The position numbers and the translations under genes are program-made. From Deltaproteobacteria bacterium (GTDB lineage: Bacteria; Myxococcota_A; UBA9160; SMWR01): 64,000 bases of DNA. The stretch is taken from positions 1 to 64,000 of the forward strand of contig JAQBGU010000202.1 of NCBI GenBank assembly GCA_032128375.1, read 5' to 3'. The notes under the pieces are model-generated. The model saw nothing but the letters and a program-made list of their open reading frames with translations. It searched no databases and had not been told where the DNA came from. Below are positions 58,646 to 64,000 of this stretch, in pieces; the stretch's first letter is position 1; the number at the start of each line of letters is the position of its first letter.

Positions 58646-60145
58646 ATGTCCGAATCGCGGTCGGACCCGAGCGCCCCGATCTTCCCCGCCGTCTTGGCCT
58701 ACTGGCTCGCGGGCTTGTTCATCCTTCTCGCCCTTCCGACCCTCGTCACCTACGCAGATCTCCCGATCGTGCGCAACGCACTGGTCTACGCGCGAATCGC
58801 TGACTTCATGCTCGAACAAGGCCGCGATTTTTCGGTCGCAGAGCACGCCTACAACAAGGCCATTGGCTTTCCCGCGCTCTCGCTACCCATGGTCGCGCTC
58901 TTCGGAGGAAACTTCGGCCTCAAGGTCGCCTCCTTCGTGTGGACCAGCATCTGGATCGTTTCGGTCGTGTTCTTCATCGAGCGACTGAAGCGGGTCTTTG
59001 CCTGGGACGACGGGCCGACGCCGAGTACGACGCTGTGTCTGGCCGTGTTCTTCGTGAATCCTCTGGTGTACTACCAGTTCGTGTCCGCCTATCCGGACTC
59101 TTTGAATGCACTGGCCTTCCTGTGGTCCATGTACTTCCTGGAGCGCATGACTTCGCGCGGCGCCCGTACGTGGGATGGCGTGAGCTTCTTTGCGCTGCTC
59201 GTCTTGTCGATATGGATCAAGCACCACGGATTCGTTCTCTTTGCGCTCTTGCTGACTTTCTCGCTCTGCAGAATTTCGAACCTGACCTGGCAGTGGCGCC
59301 ACGCCCGCCCTGCAATCGCACTCAGCGCAATGGGTCTTTGTCTTTCCCTGGTGATCATCGGACTGGCCCAGAGCGGTTTTCTCGAAATATTCAACATGTC
59401 TCAGAACCGCGGAAACTATGGCGGCGGGTTCGGCAGACTCGGGGTCATCGTCAAACGGAACCTGGCCTTCATCAAGAACTATTTGTGGCTCTCCTTCACG
59501 ATTCTGCTTCCCTTTCTGCTGCGCTGGAGATCGCTTTCGAAATACAAGGAATGGTATCTGTCGATCGTCGTCTTCATCGCGACGATCCTCGCCTACGAGG
59601 GTGCGCGCTACAACCTTCGCTACTACCTCCCCATCGCACCCCTGCTCGCCTGGATCGTCTGCAACAACCTCGTACGTATCCCACGACGCCTGGCCGTTGT
59701 ACTCTTGCTCGCGTTCTTCTCGAGCAATGGCTTCTTCACGCTGTACTACAACAACCTCGCCGTCGCGAAGACCGTCAACCGGACGCACACCTTTCCCTTT
59801 CGCGACAACCTGCGCTTGATCAAGGAGCAGCAATTCCGAAAAAATGACATCGACGCCATCAACGCCGAGGTCCGGACCCAAGTCAATGTGCTCTTCTTGT
59901 CTCTGCCCTATTACCGCGGCGCTGGGTTCTATATCTGGGAGCGCGCCGGACTTTTCGCGCCGGGACTCGAGATCCAGTACATGGACGAGCCGAATTGGGA
60001 GTTCATCAACGACTACGCGAGGAAGCACGGGCTCAGCCAAGCTCTATACTTCGGTGGTGTCAATGAAGCCGCGCGCATGAAATGGGGATCGCGGGTGAGT
60101 TGGGGGAAGCTCACGAGCATGTCGTATCTCCTCACCTTTCGGTGA
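58646..60145 (+). CDS. Polytopic membrane protein, ArnT/PMT-like GT-C candidate
   Basis: About 11 TMs, YPD and IK motifs, RYYLP..P, C-terminal soluble domain. Confidence 0.7.
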   Translation: MSESRSDPSAPIFPAVLAYWLAGLFILLALPTLVTYADLPIVRNALVYARIADFMLEQGRDFSVAEHAYNKAIGFPALSLPMVALFGGNFGLKVASFVWTSIWIVSVVFFIERLKRVFAWDDGPTPSTTLCLAVFFVNPLVYYQFVSAYPDSLNALAFLWSMYFLERMTSRGARTWDGVSFFALLVLSIWIKHHGFVLFALLLTFSLCRISNLTWQWRHARPAIALSAMGLCLSLVIIGLAQSGFLEIFNMSQNRGNYGGGFGRLGVIVKRNLAFIKNYLWLSFTILLPFLLRWRSLSKYKEWYLSIVVFIATILAYEGARYNLRYYLPIAPLLAWIVCNNLVRIPRRLAVVLLLAFFSSNGFFTLYYNNLAVAKTVNRTHTFPFRDNLRLIKEQQFRKNDIDAINAEVRTQVNVLFLSLPYYRGAGFYIWERAGLFAPGLEIQYMDEPNWEFINDYARKHGLSQALYFGGVNEAARMKWGSRVSWGKLTSMSYLLTFR

Positions 60146-60200
60146 CCGCCCCGGGGCGGCTCGAACTGCAAGCCGGAAAGATCACCGGAAGCGAGAATGT

Positions 60201-62192
60201 GTGAAGCCCCCGGACTCCCGTAGGCGATCAGCTCGGCGATTCGACGCAAACGAGAAGCGTCCAGCTCCGTTGGGTGATCTCACGCGGCGATTCTCGAGCG
60301 TTGTACTCATCACGCTCGTCTCTGCGTATCTCTATGTGTTTCTGGAATGGTTGTTCTTCTTGACCAAACCGTCGTTCTTGAGTGCATCCACATTTTCAAC
60401 TGCGCTGGTCATTCTGGCGGTGACACCCTTGGGACTACTCATCCCGGCGGTCGCGGGCACTTCGGCTCTTTTGGGCGTCGCATTCGCTTCGTCTCGCGTG
60501 ACCCAGGCGCATTCCGCTCTTGCTGCGCGGATTTGGGGCTCTCTTCTCATCATACCCACGCTGATCTTCGCGACCCTGTTGCTGCTTCTGGTCGACAATT
60601 TTACCTACACGATTTGGCAGTTCGGCATCGTGAATACGGAAGGCGAATCGGTCTGGGCCTACACCATGGCTTTCCTGGGACTCACGATCTTGACATTCCG
60701 CTGGTTGGCGAAGCTCGAAAGGGTCATTTCTTCCCGTAGTCGATCGGTCAGGAGGCGGCTGCTAATCGGTGTCAGCGGGCTCACGATTCTCTCTGTTCTT
60801 TGTCTGGGATTCGTTGATCGCCAAACCATGGGGTGGTCCAGATATCTGTCAGAATCGGGTGTTGATCCGGCGGCCCTCAACAAGCCCAATATTCTGATCT
60901 ACACCTCTGATGGTGTGAGTGCCACGCATCTATCTGCCTATGGTTATCGAAAGAAGACAACTCCGTTCATCGATCGATTCGTCCAAGAATATCCCGTTCT
61001 CTTCTTCGAGAACGCCTATTCCAACGCAGCCAATACCGGTGGCTCGCTCACTTCTCTGTTCACCAGCAAATATCCGTATACTGTGCGAGTCCTTCAGGCT
61101 CCACAAATTCTCCGGGGCAACGATTCACTGGAGCATTTTCCAGGGATCCTGAAAAATCTCGGCTATCGAAGCAGCTACACCGGAATGCGATATTTTGCCG
61201 ATCCGTTCGACTTCAACCTGCTCAATTCGTTCGACGCGGCCAATGATCGAGTCGCATCCAGATCCGAGCTGCACAGCACCATCTCCGGGGTTGCGGGGCA
61301 GTCGGCTGCATTCTTCGCACGAACGCTCTTCGATCGTGCTTCCGAACGAATCCTGCATCTATTGCACATTCAACCCATTGAAGACGTGTACACGGCGGTC
61401 ACGAAGGGACTACCCAAGGCCGCTCGATACACGAACCTCTCTGAACGACTCATCCGATTCATCGATGAGTCAGACGAACCATTCTTTGCCTTCGCTCACA
61501 ACATGGGTACACACGGACCCGAGTTCTACAATTTTCCGCCTACCCGAAAATTTTCCCAATGGGAAACTCGATCCGATGGCTACGCTTTGGACTCATACGA
61601 CAATGCAATCCGGGGATATGATTTCAGTTTGCAACAAGTCGTGGAGCATCTGGAAAAGACCGGGAGATTGGAGAACACGATCATCGTGATTGGTTCTGAT
61701 CATGGAGCGAAGTGGAACCAATTGGAGCGTGTACCCTTGATCATGTATTTCCCTGACGGCGAACATGCAGGGAGAACCAGTGTGAATGTTCAGAATCTTG
61801 ATATTGCTCCTACGATTCTGGAATACCTTGGTCTGCCAAAGCCTCATTGGATGGAAGGCCGGTCAGTTCTGGTGCCCGAAAAAATCCAGGAAATTCCGAT
61901 TGTTGGGACGCGGGTCTGGGAAGCCTTTGATTTTGAAAAAGACGGGTCATACAAAAGGGTGCCGGTCGGTGGGGAGATCTCGCCCAGATACCTTTTTGCC
62001 AGACTCAGCGTGATCTATTGTGATACTGCGCTCGATTTTCGCATGCAGGACAACATTGTGGAACGAAAGCGAATCCCCGGGCACACCGGAGCATGTGACC
62101 AGGCTAGTGTTCCCGATGACAACGATTTCAAGAACTTCGTGAGAGATCAGTTCTTACGAACTGGGTACGATGTCTCGTGGTTGGACGACTGA
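60201..62192 (+). CDS. Membrane-anchored sulfatase-fold transferase/hydrolase (Thr nucleophile)
   Basis: 5 TMs then PNIL...DG...H...YGY...TP, AANT..S..S.FT..YP, HGP, YD..I, SDHG, VPL, DI.PTIL; start uncertain. Confidence 0.85.
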   Translation: MKPPDSRRRSARRFDANEKRPAPLGDLTRRFSSVVLITLVSAYLYVFLEWLFFLTKPSFLSASTFSTALVILAVTPLGLLIPAVAGTSALLGVAFASSRVTQAHSALAARIWGSLLIIPTLIFATLLLLLVDNFTYTIWQFGIVNTEGESVWAYTMAFLGLTILTFRWLAKLERVISSRSRSVRRRLLIGVSGLTILSVLCLGFVDRQTMGWSRYLSESGVDPAALNKPNILIYTSDGVSATHLSAYGYRKKTTPFIDRFVQEYPVLFFENAYSNAANTGGSLTSLFTSKYPYTVRVLQAPQILRGNDSLEHFPGILKNLGYRSSYTGMRYFADPFDFNLLNSFDAANDRVASRSELHSTISGVAGQSAAFFARTLFDRASERILHLLHIQPIEDVYTAVTKGLPKAARYTNLSERLIRFIDESDEPFFAFAHNMGTHGPEFYNFPPTRKFSQWETRSDGYALDSYDNAIRGYDFSLQQVVEHLEKTGRLENTIIVIGSDHGAKWNQLERVPLIMYFPDGEHAGRTSVNVQNLDIAPTILEYLGLPKPHWMEGRSVLVPEKIQEIPIVGTRVWEAFDFEKDGSYKRVPVGGEISPRYLFARLSVIYCDTALDFRMQDNIVERKRIPGHTGACDQASVPDDNDFKNFVRDQFLRTGYDVSWLDD

Positions 62193-62229
62193 CACAGACT
62201 CCGGACCGATCTCAGTCGTCGGTTCCGAT

Positions 62230-63801
62230 TCACTCCGTCCAGGTGAAGCGAACGCCGTCCGGTCCGGGTTGCTGCACGAGCGCGCCCAGTTCGATTACGC
62301 GTTGCAACTCGGGCGACACGAGATCTGCGGGTTCGCCGGTATGCTCTATGACGGCTGTTGCCAGTTCGGCCAACGGGTCGGCCGAGCGGAACGGCGCGAA
62401 GCTGTCGACCGCGTCGTCGAGCAGCATTTTCCACAACAACGTCTGGCGCCGTCGCCGCTCGTAGCCCTGCAGCTCGTAGCCAGACAGTTCGCCCTTTGCG
62501 TACAGATGGTCCTGATACTTGTAGTAGCCATTGATCGTATTTTCGTAGTCGTCATACACTGATTGCAGCACTTCGACCTTGGCGCCGCCCGTGCGCGACA
62601 CCACATGGTTGGCGTCGTACTGGGTCCAATCGCTGTTCAGAATATCGAGGCCATAGTCGCCGGCGCGGTCGCGCACCTCGGTGCCGGGAAATGGCGCCAG
62701 GATGTGGAAACCGTACAACGAGCCGAACTCGTGTTTCAGCGATTCCGCGAACTCCACCGTCTTGCGTAACGTCTGCTCTGTCTCGCCGGGCAGGCCGATG
62801 ATGAAGGATGCCAGCGCAGATATGCCGACCTCTTGCGTCATCCGCATTGCGTCGCGCACCATGGCGAGGTTTGACTTCTTTTTCACCAAGTCGAGCACTT
62901 CCTGGTTGCCGCTCTCGACACCGAAGCAGATCGCTTGGCAACCGGCGCGCGCCATCGTTTGGACGATTTCCGGGCTTATCGTATCAACGCGCGAGAAAGC
63001 ATTCCAACGGATGCCGGTGTTGCGTCGCTCGAGTTCGCCGCAGACCGCCAGGAAGTGTTTGCGATACAGCGTGAACAGATCGTCTTCGATCGTGATCTCT
63101 CGGAAGCCGAGTTCGGCCAGTTCCTCGACCTCGTCGACACATTGAATCGGGTTGCGGTAGCGGACCTGACGGCCGGTCCAAGCCGGCGCCGAGCAGAAGA
63201 TACACTCGAACGGACAACCACGGGAAGTGACGATGCTGGCGTGACTGTCGAACGCCAGGTAACGCGCCAGTGGCATCAGGTCGCGCGCCGGCGGCGCGAG
63301 CTGGTCGAGGTCGTCTTCGAGCGGACGTTTCGCTGTGCGATGGATCTTCTCGGTGTCGCGATCGCGCAGTGCCAGGCCGCGCACGTCGCGCACGTCCATT
63401 CGGCCCTCGAGCGCGCGCGTCAGCTCCACCATCGTGTGCTCGCCTTCGCCGATCCCAATGTAGTCGAGTGCAGGGAGGTCGCGAAATGAGCCCTCGATTT
63501 CGAACGAGACGTGTGGCCCGCCCATCGCGATCGGGACTTCGCCGTCGCACTTGCGCACGACCTCTGCGATGCCGCTGGCGATGTGATGATTGAGCGTCAC
63601 CGAGGTGATCCCAACCAGTTGCGGGCGGAAGCTCTGCATCCGGCGTTCGATCTTTTCAGGCGTGGTGCGGGCGAGCAACAGGTCGAGGATCTCGACCTCG
63701 TGGCCGTCGGCGCGAAGCGCTGCGGCCACGTATGGCAGCGTGACGAGTAACCGCGGAAATTCTTCGAAAGGATAGGAGGGATTCACCAGCAGTACGCGCA
63801 C
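62230..63801 (-). CDS. Cobalamin-binding radical SAM protein
   Basis: VLLVNP, GGPH.S, GEGE, SRGCPFECIFC (CxxxCxxC), FG.ESG, FIIGLPGET, PFPGT; AGGAG RBS before GTG. Confidence 0.92.
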   Translation of the reverse strand: MRVLLVNPSYPFEEFPRLLVTLPYVAAALRADGHEVEILDLLLARTTPEKIERRMQSFRPQLVGITSVTLNHHIASGIAEVVRKCDGEVPIAMGGPHVSFEIEGSFRDLPALDYIGIGEGEHTMVELTRALEGRMDVRDVRGLALRDRDTEKIHRTAKRPLEDDLDQLAPPARDLMPLARYLAFDSHASIVTSRGCPFECIFCSAPAWTGRQVRYRNPIQCVDEVEELAELGFREITIEDDLFTLYRKHFLAVCGELERRNTGIRWNAFSRVDTISPEIVQTMARAGCQAICFGVESGNQEVLDLVKKKSNLAMVRDAMRMTQEVGISALASFIIGLPGETEQTLRKTVEFAESLKHEFGSLYGFHILAPFPGTEVRDRAGDYGLDILNSDWTQYDANHVVSRTGGAKVEVLQSVYDDYENTINGYYKYQDHLYAKGELSGYELQGYERRRRQTLLWKMLLDDAVDSFAPFRSADPLAELATAVIEHTGEPADLVSPELQRVIELGALVQQPGPDGVRFTWTE

Positions 63802-63930
63802 GACGTCTCCTTGCTGAATTTCCGGTCCGCCGTTTGCGCGCCCGCCGCGCGTGTTGGCACCGGGTGGCGTCATTCTAAGCTGTTTCTGGGCGCCCGCGCC
63901 ATCGTGTTGAAACTCTCGAGACGGGTCCGC

Positions 63931-63969
63931 TGTTGTACCGCTGTTGTACCGTGTTGTACCGTGTTGTAC
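63931..63969. repeat. 10-11 nt tandem repeat (TGTTGTACCG)x4
   Basis: Read directly, upstream of the radical SAM gene. Confidence 0.9.
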
Positions 63970-64000
63970 ATCGCGAATCATGGGGTAGCCTGCGCTGCGG

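Overview
High-GC (roughly 63-66% by eye) bacterial chromosomal segment with about 50 densely packed genes. The gene content resembles Myxococcota/Binatia-type environmental genomes, but this is only an impression. I saw no rRNA, tRNA, CRISPR array, transposase, integrase or phage genes. Main content: a bfd-bfr iron-storage locus flanked by three Fur-box-like AT-rich sites; a divergent addB-addA helicase/nuclease pair; acetolactate synthase, aldehyde dehydrogenase and asnS; exosortase-gmhA; an Ltp2-like thiolase with its DUF35 partner; many oxidoreductases and hydrolases; a 1401-aa internally duplicated membrane protein; and a lipid-carrier surface-glycosylation cluster (GT2, VTT/DedA, two GT-C-like proteins, a sulfatase-fold transferase and a TSP3 metallophosphoesterase). 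The most unusual observations are (1) an Fe-S APS-reductase-like protein that lacks the C-terminal catalytic ECG(L/I)H motif and carries an N-terminal CxxC domain, (2) a bacterioferritin with both ferroxidase-centre histidines replaced (H54D, H130S) while the heme Met is kept, (3) the two-module duplicated membrane protein, and (4) recurrent 6-15 nt tandem duplications near gene ends and in linkers. Three genes (addA, the thiolase, the coq4-like gene) show single-base frameshifts that may be sequencing indels. All functional calls come from motif recognition only; no database searches were run.
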